Shown here piece after piece: positions 38,750 through 48,470 of a stretch of DNA of 64,000 bases. The DNA is taken from NCBI GenBank assembly GCA_050916045.1, contig CP051526.1:352001-416000 (forward strand), in the 5' to 3' direction. How positions within the stretch are numbered: position 1 is the first letter of the stretch; each line of letters begins with the position of its first letter. This DNA is from Tepidisphaera sp. GTDB lineage: Bacteria > Planctomycetota > Phycisphaerae > Phycisphaerales > UBA1924. The notes below the pieces were generated by a model. That model was given only the letters and a program-made list of their open reading frames with translations. It was not told the origin of the DNA and did no database searches. A program made the translations under genes and the position numbers.

Positions 38750-39244
38750 TTGGCCGACCACGCCTCGTCATCCTTCGATTCCATCGCCGAGCCGTCGCCC
38801 TTCGCCGCCGGGCCGTACACCGAGCACTTGGCCAGGGTTCGGGAGCATTTCCGGTCGCTCAAGCCGCGCCGGGCTCTGCTCGCCGAGCTGGTGGTGCACC
38901 GGCTGGCTTCCCGATCGCTGGCGGCGCGGAAGTTCACGGCGGGGCGGGAAGCGAAACTGGCAAGCGATCTGGTGCGGACGCTCCGAGCGGTCGTGTACGC
39001 GAGCGCGAGTTATGCGGAGTGGTCGGAGGGGCTGCTCCGCCTCGCCCGCGTACACGCCGCTTCGGGAGCGACCCTGGAGCACTACCGCGAGTTCCGGACG
39101 GTCTTCCTGCACGCCTTGAGCGAGCTTGAGGGATCCGCGTGGAGCCAGAGCGGGCTTGGGGAATCGTGGAGCGTGTTCTTTGACGCGGCGATGGGACACC
39201 TCTCGCGCGTGCTCTTCCATGAGCAGAGCCGCGCGGCCGCATAG
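38750..39244 (+). CDS. Single-domain globin-like protein
   Basis: LARVHAASGATLEHY proximal-His motif; AW...W H-helix pattern. Confidence 0.65.
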   Translation: MADHASSSFDSIAEPSPFAAGPYTEHLARVREHFRSLKPRRALLAELVVHRLASRSLAARKFTAGREAKLASDLVRTLRAVVYASASYAEWSEGLLRLARVHAASGATLEHYREFRTVFLHALSELEGSAWSQSGLGESWSVFFDAAMGHLSRVLFHEQSRAAA

Positions 39245-39261
39245 CGAGGGTCCGCCTCGCT

Positions 39262-39834
39262 CTATCGCGATGCCGCTGCGCCGGCGTTCGCCGAACCGTA
39301 CTCGATGTACTCGATCGTCTGCATTTGTGCAAGCACGTCGTCCCAGCTTGGGGGCGCGGAGTCGGTCGGGTGCTCGAATCGAAGGAACTTTCCTCGCAGC
39401 ACGCCTCCCAAGCCCTTGCGGACGGCTTCCCGATGGAGCGGCGACCTTACGAAGCTGTTGAGGGCTGGTTCATCCCGCCAGACGGTCATTGTCCACATCT
39501 TGTTCCCAAGCAGCTTGGCCCGCACCGAATGCCCGATGTAGCCGTCATTCTGGGGGAGGCTCTCGACGACCTTGCGTGAGTAGTCGTCAAAGGTGCCGCG
39601 AGACGAGTTGTCGAGCACGGCGTAGGTGACGGCAACCCAGACCGTCGGTCCCGCGCCCGGAAGGATGACACCGTCAGGTCTCGCGTAACCCGGCCCGCGG
39701 AACGGGGTCGCGACCTCGCAGCTTGGCAGGGTTAGCAGGGCGACAGCGCTCGCAGCCAGCCCGACAGCGAGGGTGATGGTTCGGGCAAGTAGCTTGGGGC
39801 TTCGAGGTGAACGCATTGGAACAGCGTAGTGCAT
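39262..39834 (-). CDS. Putative lipoprotein with ABM/DUF3291-like monooxygenase domain
   Basis: LPSC lipobox-like; GYIGHS, WTMTVWRDE..LNSFVRS..HREAV. Confidence 0.7.
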   Translation of the reverse strand: MHYAVPMRSPRSPKLLARTITLAVGLAASAVALLTLPSCEVATPFRGPGYARPDGVILPGAGPTVWVAVTYAVLDNSSRGTFDDYSRKVVESLPQNDGYIGHSVRAKLLGNKMWTMTVWRDEPALNSFVRSPLHREAVRKGLGGVLRGKFLRFEHPTDSAPPSWDDVLAQMQTIEYIEYGSANAGAAASR

Positions 39835-39855
39835 TCACTTGCAAAATGCAAGTGA
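39835..39855. promoter_or_regulatory. Perfect palindromic operator TCACTTGCA-AAA-TGCAAGTGA
   Basis: 9-bp inverted repeat directly upstream of the ABM gene. Confidence 0.7.
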
Positions 39856-40034
39856 CGAAGGGAACATGATTCATCCTCCGAAGGGTGCGCAATAGTCGAA
39901 CGATGTGGGGATGCTGGTCACGGTGAGGCCGACAGGTGCCGCCGGCGAGTCATGTCGCGTCAGCGTGAAGGCCGCATAGCTCGTACGGAGTCCTCGCGAG
40001 GACCGCCCCTGCGGGCCGGTCCTCGCCACCCGAT

Positions 40035-40949
40035 CTACTTCAAAAACTCCCACGGCTCGCCCGGCGTGTAGCCGACCAGTTCGTAAAGCTCTTTCCGCGT
40101 CTGCATCTGGCTCAGGAAGGGTTCCACGCTGCCGCTGGCTTTGAGCTGCTGCAGCGCCCGCGTGACCGCGCCCATCGCAACGCGGAGCAGGCTGACCGGA
40201 TAGATCACGCAGTGGTACCCCATGTCCGCGAACTTGCTCAGCGGGATCAGCGGGGTCTTGCCGAACTCGGTCATGTTCGCGAGGAGGTAAACACGGCGGT
40301 CGCTCGGGACGAGCGCGAGCAGCTCGGCCGCGAATTTGGCGAATTCATCCTCGCTCGCGAGGCCTTCGGGGAAGATCATGTCCGCGCCGGCATCGACGTA
40401 GACCTTGGCTCGCTCGACGGCCGAGCCGAAGCCCTCGACGCCGCGGGCGTCGGTGCGGGCGCAGACCACGAAGTCGCGGAACGCGTCGCTGGCGCTCCGG
40501 GCGCGGGCGGCCCACTCGACCTTCTCGGCCATGTGGTCGGTGGGGACGAGCTCCTTGCCGTCGAGGTGGCCGCAGCGCTTGGGGAACTTCTGGTCTTCGA
40601 GGTGGAGGCCCGCGGCGCCGGCTCGGGCGTACTCGATCACCGTGCGACGGACCATCTCGGCTTCGCCGAACCCGGTGTCGGCGTCGGCGAGCACGGGCAA
40701 GCCGGACCCATCGGCGACCTCGCGGATCACGCGGCAGAAGTGTTCAAGGGTGAGCAGGCCGACGTCCGGCACTCCGGCGGAGACGCTGGTCGCGGCTCCG
40801 GAGACGTAGCAGGCTTGGAACCCGGCTTGGGCGATCGCCCGGGCGCAGAGAGCGTTGAAAGCTCCCGGAGCGGCGGTGCACCCGGCGTCCATGAGTTCGC
40901 GGAACCGCGTCCCGGCGGAGCGTGAATCGTCGAAGAAGTCGTTGGTCAT
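40035..40949 (-). CDS. prpB: 2-methylisocitrate lyase (ICL/PEP mutase family)
   Basis: YVSGA, DADTGFG, LEDQ..PKRCGH, ARTDA, FPEGL, LANMTEFGKTP, MQTRKELYE. Confidence 0.88.
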   Translation of the reverse strand: MTNDFFDDSRSAGTRFRELMDAGCTAAPGAFNALCARAIAQAGFQACYVSGAATSVSAGVPDVGLLTLEHFCRVIREVADGSGLPVLADADTGFGEAEMVRRTVIEYARAGAAGLHLEDQKFPKRCGHLDGKELVPTDHMAEKVEWAARARSASDAFRDFVVCARTDARGVEGFGSAVERAKVYVDAGADMIFPEGLASEDEFAKFAAELLALVPSDRRVYLLANMTEFGKTPLIPLSKFADMGYHCVIYPVSLLRVAMGAVTRALQQLKASGSVEPFLSQMQTRKELYELVGYTPGEPWEFLK

Positions 40950-40983
40950 GGCGGAGGATAAGGCCGCCGAAACCCGCTCGGCT

Positions 40984-41982
40984 CTAGCGGTTCAGGCGGT
41001 CGGCGAAGAACCCGCCGAGGGACCGCTGGCTGAGTTCGGGGAGAGCGGGCTTGTCCTTGCTGGCGAAGAAGCCCTTGACGATGTGGACGATCGCCCGGGC
41101 CCGCTCGCTCACGGTGAGTGGGGGCGTGAGGCCGTTGGGCCGCAGGAGCAGGGCCGTGAGGTCGTCGTTGATGACGGCTTGCAAGCGGGCGAATTCGGCG
41201 AGAAGGGACGGGATGAGGGTCTGCGGGTCGGCGATACCGACGCGGTTGAGAGCCTCGACGAGGCCGGCTTCGCCCAGAAGCTTGCCGGTGGGGAGCCGGG
41301 CTTCCACCAGCGAGTCGGTATAGAGGAGGACGAGGTCGCCGGGCTTGAGGTCGACCTCGATCTGGCGGTAGGTGGTGGAGTCGAGGACGCCCAGGGGGAC
41401 GTCGACGGGGTCGTCGCTTTCGACGCGATGGGCGGCGGGGACGAGCACGTCCCAGCGGCCGGTGCGGGCGCGGTACCAGATGGGCCGCGGGTGGCCGGCG
41501 TTGCACATCGTGAGCGTGTTGGTGGGGCCCCAGAAGGTGCCGAGAATCGCGGTCGCGAACCGCCCGGAGGTCTCCTGGCGGCTGAACTCGTGGTTGAGGA
41601 ACTGCACGGCACGACGCTGGTCGACCTGGTTGATGAACTTGCGCATCAGCGTGCGGAGGGAGGTGGCGGTGGCGCTCGCGGATTGGCCGTGGCCCGAAAC
41701 GTCGGCGATCATGAGGCGCGTGATCCGCCCCGTGGCGCACGAGGAGAGGTAGTGCACATCGCCCCCCGAAGCGTCGCCCATGTGCGGCCGGGCGATGACC
41801 CACGCGTCCAGGCCCGGCATCGTCACTCCGTTGTCGACGGCTTGATTGCCGCCCCAGACCTCCATGCACTGCAGGTGGACCGGCTGCCGGGCGGGCGGTG
41901 AAGCGGGCGAACTGGAAGCGGTGGAGGACGTCATGCCGTTCCTTCGATGCCGAAACCCGCCGGATGTCACTCCGGACGTCAC
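40984..41982 (-). CDS. PP2C/SpoIIE (RsbU-like) phosphatase
   Basis: MEVWGGN, GGDVH, IADVSGHG, FATA, NAGHP, LYTDSL, DDLT; start uncertain (41982 or 41934). Confidence 0.88.
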   Translation of the reverse strand: MTSGVTSGGFRHRRNGMTSSTASSSPASPPARQPVHLQCMEVWGGNQAVDNGVTMPGLDAWVIARPHMGDASGGDVHYLSSCATGRITRLMIADVSGHGQSASATATSLRTLMRKFINQVDQRRAVQFLNHEFSRQETSGRFATAILGTFWGPTNTLTMCNAGHPRPIWYRARTGRWDVLVPAAHRVESDDPVDVPLGVLDSTTYRQIEVDLKPGDLVLLYTDSLVEARLPTGKLLGEAGLVEALNRVGIADPQTLIPSLLAEFARLQAVINDDLTALLLRPNGLTPPLTVSERARAIVHIVKGFFASKDKPALPELSQRSLGGFFADRLNR

Positions 41983-41990
41983 GGCGGACG

Positions 41991-44036
41991 TTATTTGGCC
42001 GGGGTCAGGACCACCGCATCAAGACCGAAGAACGTCCCCGGACGCTGGGCGGCCGCGTTCTTGCCGACTAGCGTGCTGCGGAGGAGGATGAAGCCGTCCT
42101 TACTTTCGGCGACGCCGAGCTCGATGGGGCCGGTGGGGCCGATCACCATCTCGCCGCCCGAATAGAAATCGACCGGCTTGCCCACGTCGGTCCCGTTGAG
42201 GGCGAACTGGACGGTCGCGTAGTCCCAGGAGCGGGTGGCGTGAAGCACGACGGTGTGCTTGCCCGCGGGAGCGGGGACCTTGAGCTCGATGAACTCGCCG
42301 ACCGCGGTTCCGCGGCACCAGAGGTGGGCGTTGTTGCTCCAGCGGCTGACCCCAAACCGGTCCAGGGGCTGTTCGCTGACGGTGAGACTGCCGGATTTCT
42401 CGGAGACGGTGAGCGTCTCGCACTCGATCGCGCCCGGCATGGTGAAGACGGGCGGGAGGGGCGGCGGCTGAGGCACGGGGGCTTTCGCGCCGGCTTCGTC
42501 GGGGGTTCGGTTGGTGGTAAAGCCGGGGCGGGCGTAGAAGTAGGACGTGGTCGCGTAGGCGACCTCGCACTTGATCCAGTGCCAGACCTCGATGTTCATG
42601 TCGAGGCCGGAGTTGAACGGGATCGCGTCCAGAGCACGGACGCGGGTGACGCAGGAGTAGCCGTAGTTGCTCCGGCCGTTGCCGTCGCAGCGGACCTGTG
42701 AGACGAACGGCGTGTTGAAGATGCGCGAGTCGCACCAGCCGTACCCGTAGTAGTCCTCGGTGCCGGTGCCGAAGTGCGAGGGGAACTTCTCGCCGTCGAC
42801 GTAGATCTTCTCATCGCCCTCGCCCCACCAATCCAGCACGGGGTTCATGATCGCCAGGTTGTCGCCGACGTAGACGCCCTTGCCCGCGATCGTGACATAG
42901 TTCCAGTCGAGCGAGCCGGCGGCTTGGACGGTCGGGATGCCGTTCTGCGTGCGCCAGACGGCGGCGAAGTGCATGGAACGGTCGTCGAAGCGCCAGGGGG
43001 CGAGGCTCGCGGTCGCGCCGAGCTTGATCGGCTCATCGCCGAGGTTCTTGAAGGTGATGCTCGCGGCCTTCGCGAAGGGCATGACGAACCGGCTGGTCAT
43101 CAGCCCTTCCGTGGTGACCGAGCGGTACCGGTCGGTGTAGACGTTGAGGCCCACACCGGAGCCGAAGAAGTCCGCGAGGGGGCACCAGATGGTCTGCTGC
43201 CCGTCAAACTCGCCGATGATGACCGTCGAACGCAGCGCCTGCTCGATGTTCTTCGCATCCACAAGCACGGCGAGGCCATCGATCGCCTGGCCCGGGCTTC
43301 CCGCGGCGGAGAAGGTCAGCGTCTGCGTGGACCCCGGCGCGATCTCGGTCGGGTCCGCGGGCGCGATCGGAGCGGTGGACTTCCCCAAGAGCGCATCCCG
43401 CGCGAGCGCAAGCGTGTCCGCGTGATCGCGGAGGATGCTCGCGGAAAGGGTCTCGACCTTGGTGCTCGCGTCGTACGTCCGGTAGTTGATGTGGTAGTAG
43501 ATCGGGCCTTCGTCGGTCGTCACCTTGCAGGAGGTCTGGTACGGGATGGGGAGGTAGAGGTTCCAGCCGCGCGAACGCGAGGTCGCGATCGGCTCCTCGA
43601 TCTTGACGCGGCCGATCGCGGACTTCCCCTCGAGAAGCTCCTGCATGCGCGTCTCGATCACCGGCTTGGGGTCGCCGTCGAGATAGATGCGGAGCGTGCC
43701 CTTGGGATTGGGCGTCCAGATCCGGACGATCGCGCCGGGGCCGCTCATCTCCGCCATCACGTTCTCGGTGCGGCCCTGCGTCTGTTCGCTCCTGAGGTAC
43801 TGGCCCTGGTCGTCGTTCGCGAACCACGTCGCCGGATTGTCCTTGGACGTCGAAGCCCGGTCGTAGCTTGAGAACTGCTTGCACGTGTACGCGGGGATCG
43901 GGAAGCGGGCGACCGCGCCGCGATCGGTCATCTCGGTGAGGAGGGATTCGAGCGTCACTTGGGCCCGTGCGGTGACCGAAACCAGAGCGGGTACGACCAG
44001 GACGGCCAGCGCCACAAACCGATGGAAAGCGTTCAT
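41991..44036 (-). CDS. Secreted DUF2961 (GH172-like) glycoside hydrolase
   Basis: Signal peptide; SSYDR, GPGAIVRIW, PLADFFG, WWGEGDEKIYVDGE, GTGTEDYYG. Confidence 0.88.
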   Translation of the reverse strand: MNAFHRFVALAVLVVPALVSVTARAQVTLESLLTEMTDRGAVARFPIPAYTCKQFSSYDRASTSKDNPATWFANDDQGQYLRSEQTQGRTENVMAEMSGPGAIVRIWTPNPKGTLRIYLDGDPKPVIETRMQELLEGKSAIGRVKIEEPIATSRSRGWNLYLPIPYQTSCKVTTDEGPIYYHINYRTYDASTKVETLSASILRDHADTLALARDALLGKSTAPIAPADPTEIAPGSTQTLTFSAAGSPGQAIDGLAVLVDAKNIEQALRSTVIIGEFDGQQTIWCPLADFFGSGVGLNVYTDRYRSVTTEGLMTSRFVMPFAKAASITFKNLGDEPIKLGATASLAPWRFDDRSMHFAAVWRTQNGIPTVQAAGSLDWNYVTIAGKGVYVGDNLAIMNPVLDWWGEGDEKIYVDGEKFPSHFGTGTEDYYGYGWCDSRIFNTPFVSQVRCDGNGRSNYGYSCVTRVRALDAIPFNSGLDMNIEVWHWIKCEVAYATTSYFYARPGFTTNRTPDEAGAKAPVPQPPPLPPVFTMPGAIECETLTVSEKSGSLTVSEQPLDRFGVSRWSNNAHLWCRGTAVGEFIELKVPAPAGKHTVVLHATRSWDYATVQFALNGTDVGKPVDFYSGGEMVIGPTGPIELGVAESKDGFILLRSTLVGKNAAAQRPGTFFGLDAVVLTPAK

Positions 44037-44055
44037 GATCCTGAGCGTATCGGAT

Positions 44056-44676
44056 TCAGTCCTGATCGGCTTTGGGCGAACCGGGGGCTTTGGCCAAGGC
44101 GGCGGCTTTGGGAGGGCAGGGCCGGTCGAACGGGATGAGTTCGGGGGGGAGATCCTGCAGGCCGCGGCGACGGGCTTTGTCGATGGCGTACTTCAGCGAC
44201 CGGTGCATCCGCCGCCGGACGGAATCGGTGATGTTGAGGCCGAGGCGCTCCATTTCGCGGATCGCGAACGCCCAGGCGTGATACTCCTCCAGGCACCTCG
44301 GCTTGTACACGTTGAACCCGATTGCGTGGTGACCCACCTCGTGGAGGAAGATCGCCGCCGACATCGGGCCCGTCGGTCGCGGCGATTCAAGGGTGCGGAC
44401 GATCGACCCATCCCTGAAGGTGGTGAGGCGAGCGATCCCGGAGGAGTTCTTCCGCCACTTGCGGACCTTGATGCCGTACGCCGCGAGCATCGACCGGGTC
44501 ATCGCGTCGTAGCGTTCCTGCGCCGGTGAGCGGCGCGGCTGCGTTTCTTCCTTCGGCTTGCGGCGGGGCTTCTCGGCCGCTTGGCGGACCGGCGCGACCG
44601 GGCCTGGCCGGGCCGGGGTCGCCGGCTTCCTCAGCAGGTTCGCGATCGGTGCCAGCATGTCCCAAAGCGTCGTCAC
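44056..44676 (-). CDS. Putative zinc metallopeptidase (HExxH)
   Basis: FLHEVGHH followed by EEYHAW; GTG start overlaps fmt stop. Confidence 0.7.
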   Translation of the reverse strand: MTTLWDMLAPIANLLRKPATPARPGPVAPVRQAAEKPRRKPKEETQPRRSPAQERYDAMTRSMLAAYGIKVRKWRKNSSGIARLTTFRDGSIVRTLESPRPTGPMSAAIFLHEVGHHAIGFNVYKPRCLEEYHAWAFAIREMERLGLNITDSVRRRMHRSLKYAIDKARRRGLQDLPPELIPFDRPCPPKAAALAKAPGSPKADQD

Positions 44677-45656
44677 GCGGTCGTCGCTCCTGCCGGTCCG
44701 CTTGCCGTGCCCGGCGGCGGCCCGAGCACTTCTTGGGAACGCACCTGATGCCCGTTCGCGAAATCACGCCAAAGCATCACCCGCTTGCCCGCCGGCTGGA
44801 CCTCAAGCAGTTGCAGCTGTCCCTCGCCGCACGCGACAAGCCCCTGCCCGACATCGACAATCGCTCCCGGCGTGCCGCCCAGGCCCGCCACCGACCCCGC
44901 CACAACTCCCGCTCGAAGCACCTTGAGCGGCTGGCTTCGGAACCCGACCGTCACACCGGGCCACGGCGACAAGCCATTCACCTTGCGGCGACACTCCTCG
45001 GCGGATGCGGCAAAGTCGATCACCGCCATCGCGCGGTTGAGCTTGGGAGCCCGCGTCTTCAGCGATTCATCCTGCGCCCCCCCGGTCGCCGTGCCCCGCC
45101 CGATCGCTTCCACGACGCCAAGCACAAGCTCCGGCCCATCACTCGAAAGCAGATCGTGAAGCTCACCCGCCGTCTGCGTCGGCAGGATCGGCCGCCGAGA
45201 AGTCGCGTAGATCAACCCCGCATCCATCCGCGCCGCGATCGAGATCACGCTGTTGCCCGTCGTCGTGTCCCCACCGAGAATCGCCCAGTTGATCGGGGCC
45301 GCGCCGCGCCACCGCGGCAGGAGCGACGCATGCAGGTTGATGGCCGTGCCGACGCGGGCGGGGTCGACAAGCTCGGGGCTGAGCTTTTGGCCAAATGCGA
45401 TGACGACCATCGCTTGCGGCTTCCACGCATGGATCTCAGCGGTGACGGCCGGCTGATTCACATCCTCGGGCTTGATGATCGGTGTTCCCGCGCTGTGCTC
45501 ATGCACCCACGCGGCGATCGGCGTCGGGGTCAGAGCCACCCCGCGCCCGGCGGGCCGGTCCGGCTGGGAAACGACGCCGACGACCTCGTGTCGCTCGAAG
45601 AGAGCTTTGAGCGTCGGCAGCCCGAACTCGCCGGAACCCAGAAACGCGATCCGCAT
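44673..45656 (-). CDS. fmt: Methionyl-tRNA formyltransferase
   Basis: MRIAFLGS, SQPDRPAGRG, NLHASLLPRWRGAAPI, MDAG, LSPWPG, VQPAGKR. Confidence 0.96.
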   Translation of the reverse strand: MRIAFLGSGEFGLPTLKALFERHEVVGVVSQPDRPAGRGVALTPTPIAAWVHEHSAGTPIIKPEDVNQPAVTAEIHAWKPQAMVVIAFGQKLSPELVDPARVGTAINLHASLLPRWRGAAPINWAILGGDTTTGNSVISIAARMDAGLIYATSRRPILPTQTAGELHDLLSSDGPELVLGVVEAIGRGTATGGAQDESLKTRAPKLNRAMAVIDFAASAEECRRKVNGLSPWPGVTVGFRSQPLKVLRAGVVAGSVAGLGGTPGAIVDVGQGLVACGEGQLQLLEVQPAGKRVMLWRDFANGHQVRSQEVLGPPPGTASGPAGATTA

Positions 45657-45705
45657 GCCTGAGGATAGCAGGATGCCTTGTGATTGACGGGCACTACGAT
45701 GCAAG

Positions 45706-46530
45706 ATGTCGGCCTCGGATGCGACCAAACCCGTGCCTTCGCTCTGGCGATTCGGGCCGGCCGGGATGCTCGCGGTTGTGATCGGAACGGTGCTGCTTCT
45801 CGCGCGATGGGCGGGGCTTGATCCGTTCTTTGCGTGTCTGGAATGGCTGGTCGAAACGCTCAGTCCGGGCGGGGCGATGACGATTGTCACCGGCCTTTAT
45901 GCGTGGTTCGGGCTGATGTGGGACTGGCGTGAGGTCGGGGCGCCGCTGATCGAGCCGAACCTCTGGGTCGCGAGCGGGTTCGCCATTGCGATGACCATCG
46001 CGGGAACGCCCAAGCGATGGCTTTGGATGGCCATGATCCTCGTGGTCGGCGGGTCTTTCGCCGGTTTGCCATTTCTATGGAGCGGTCTGGTTCAACTCCT
46101 TCGAGACTACGCGGGCTCGAGCGCCGTGCTTGTACTGGGCGTTTGGGTGGAACTCGGACTGGTTTCTCAGGTCGTGATGGTCGCAATGGCGACCCGCGAC
46201 CGGAGGTTGGCGGTGCCGCTGGCTTTCGTCCTTGTCGCCGCGTTGACGTCGCGTTTGTGGCTGATCGACGCGGTGCTGAAGCAAATCAGTTCGGACTGGG
46301 CCTTGCCGGCCCTGCTCTGGTGCTGGTATGCGGGCTTGTACGCGGTCCTTCTCCACTGGAGCGTGACCGAACGGCGTCGGATCATCGCCGTGGCCAAAGG
46401 CAACATCTGCGAGCGGTGCTCCTACGACCTCTCGGCGACGACCGGAAACCTGTGCCCCGAGTGCGGCGGAACCCGGGAACCCGCACCCGCCACCGCGCCG
46501 GTTTCGGAATCTCCCACGTCCGCCGCCTAG
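45706..46530 (+). CDS. Polytopic membrane protein with C-terminal zinc ribbon
   Basis: About 7 TM segments then CERCSYDLSATTGNLCPECG. Confidence 0.75.
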   Translation: MSASDATKPVPSLWRFGPAGMLAVVIGTVLLLARWAGLDPFFACLEWLVETLSPGGAMTIVTGLYAWFGLMWDWREVGAPLIEPNLWVASGFAIAMTIAGTPKRWLWMAMILVVGGSFAGLPFLWSGLVQLLRDYAGSSAVLVLGVWVELGLVSQVVMVAMATRDRRLAVPLAFVLVAALTSRLWLIDAVLKQISSDWALPALLWCWYAGLYAVLLHWSVTERRRIIAVAKGNICERCSYDLSATTGNLCPECGGTREPAPATAPVSESPTSAA

Positions 46531-46539
46531 GGTTGCTCG

Positions 46540-47379
46540 ATGTCGAAACTGACCAAACCGGAGGACATCGAATCCGCGGCGAAAGCCGCTGAGTGCGTCG
46601 TCGAGACGCACCGGCGCGTCGCCGCTTTCCTCCGCCACGGCATGACCCTCCCGCAGGTCGATGAGTTCGTCGCCAAGACCCTCGCCGATCTCGGGTGCAC
46701 CTCCTGCTTCTTCGGGTACGCGCCGGACCGAAGCCATGTTCCCTTCCCCTCCAACGCGTGCTTGTCCGTCAACCAGTGCGTCGTCCACGGCACCCGCGGG
46801 TACTACACCGACAAGCTCAAAGCCGGCGACGTGCTCAAGGTCGACATCGGCGTCTTCCACAAGGGCTGGGTCGGCGATGCCGCGTGGACCTACTCGATCG
46901 GCGAACCGACGCCCGTCATCCGCAAGCTCATGGACTGCGGCAAAGAAAGCTTGCGCCGTGGCGTGCAAGCTCTCACCCCCACCAACCAGTGGATCGAATG
47001 GGCCCGCGCGGTGCAGGGACACGTCGAGCACGAGTGCGGATTCCATCTCATCCGCGGCTTGGGCGGCCACGGCATCGGGTTCAAACAGCTCCACGGCCCG
47101 CCCTTTGTCTCCAACACCGTCCCGGTCCACGCGAACGAATGGCGAGAAGCGTTCGAGAAGTGCCCGGTCGGCACGCTTGTCGCGGTGGAACCGATGATCG
47201 CGGTCGGCACCGGGCGGACGTACACGAACATGGTCGACAAGAAGCGGCACGACTGGCCGGTCTTCACCGCCGACGGATCGATGAGCGTTCACTACGAGCA
47301 CGATGTGCTCATCACCGCCGAGGGGCCCCGAGTCCTGACGGCCGGGCTTGAGCAGCTCGACGATGTGATTCGATCTTGA
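46540..47379 (+). CDS. map: Methionine aminopeptidase type I
   Basis: CLSVN.CVVHG, DIG...GD, GHGIG..LH, AVEPMI, SVHYEH. Confidence 0.95.
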   Translation: MSKLTKPEDIESAAKAAECVVETHRRVAAFLRHGMTLPQVDEFVAKTLADLGCTSCFFGYAPDRSHVPFPSNACLSVNQCVVHGTRGYYTDKLKAGDVLKVDIGVFHKGWVGDAAWTYSIGEPTPVIRKLMDCGKESLRRGVQALTPTNQWIEWARAVQGHVEHECGFHLIRGLGGHGIGFKQLHGPPFVSNTVPVHANEWREAFEKCPVGTLVAVEPMIAVGTGRTYTNMVDKKRHDWPVFTADGSMSVHYEHDVLITAEGPRVLTAGLEQLDDVIRS

Positions 47380-47435
47380 GGCAGGATTCGGACGGATTCT
47401 GTTCGGAGCAGGCTCCCCAAATCTTACATTTTTCG

Positions 47436-47452
47436 CAATTCCGCCGGAATTG
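47436..47452. promoter_or_regulatory. Palindrome CAATTCCG-C-CGGAATTG, candidate operator
   Basis: Perfect 8-bp inverted repeat in an AT-rich intergenic patch, just upstream of TTGACG. Confidence 0.5.
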
Positions 47453-47660
47453 TCACCTTTGACGCGCCGTTTCGACGCTTACTGAGGTGGGGGGCGTTGG
47501 GTCTTGGAGGAGAGCCGCGGACGCATCGCGGGCGGGGGCATCAGTGAGGGGGCCGAACCTGGGAGGGGACGGCCCCTTTGCGTTTTTCGCCGCTTCGTCC
47601 GGCCCGGCAGGGGCTTGAGCGCATCCCGGGCAGTTTCCCGCGACGCCTACGGTTCGCCGC

Positions 47661-48467
47661 ATGTCACGCGTCGACGACATCTTCTCCGACCTGCGTTCCC
47701 GCGGGATGAAAGCTCTGATGCCCTTCATCTGCGGCGGGTTCCCCAAACCCGGTTCCACCGGCGAGCTGCTCCGGTCGATGGAGCGCGGCGGTGCCCGCAT
47801 CGTCGAGGTCGGCATTCCGTTCTCGGACCCTATCGCTGACGGTCCGGTGATCGCCGCAGCGATGCACCAGGCGCTCGTCGCCGGCGCCACACCGAGGTCC
47901 GTGTTCGATGAGGTGGCCGCGACGCGGAATCAGCTTGAGGTCGGCCTGGTCGCCATGGTGAGCGCCTCCATCGCGTACAAGTGGCCTGGCGGCGCTTCGG
48001 GCTTCATCGGGTCGGCGTCCGAAGCCGGTTTCGACGGCTTCATCTTCCCGGACGCTCCGCTTGAGGAGTCCGGCCCGCTCATCAAAGCCGCCAAGGAAGC
48101 CCAGAAGTCGCTCGCGCTGCTGGTCGCCACGACCACGCCCCCCGAGCGCGCCAAAGCCATCGCCGAAGCGAGCTCCGGCTTCGTGTACCTGCTCGCAAGG
48201 TCGGGCATCACCGGCGAGTCGAACAAGGCGCCGGTGGTCGGGCCTGCGGTCGCCCGCCTGCGTGAATGCACCCAGCTCCCCATCGCGTGCGGGTTCGGCA
48301 TCTCGAACGCTGAGCACGTCCGGGCGGTGGTGGGGACTGGCAAAGCCGACGCCGCCATCGTCGGATCCGGCGTCGTGCGCCGCATCGCCGACGCGGTCAA
48401 GGAAGGCCGCGACCACATCGTGCCCACCGAGAGCTTCGTCCGAAGCTTGGTCGGCGGATTGGGCTGA
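47661..48467 (+). CDS. trpA: Tryptophan synthase alpha chain
   Basis: EVGIPFSDPIADGPVI, GFVYL..RSGITG, GFGIS, AIVGS. Confidence 0.96.
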   Translation: MSRVDDIFSDLRSRGMKALMPFICGGFPKPGSTGELLRSMERGGARIVEVGIPFSDPIADGPVIAAAMHQALVAGATPRSVFDEVAATRNQLEVGLVAMVSASIAYKWPGGASGFIGSASEAGFDGFIFPDAPLEESGPLIKAAKEAQKSLALLVATTTPPERAKAIAEASSGFVYLLARSGITGESNKAPVVGPAVARLRECTQLPIACGFGISNAEHVRAVVGTGKADAAIVGSGVVRRIADAVKEGRDHIVPTESFVRSLVGGLG

Positions 48468-48470
48468 AGT

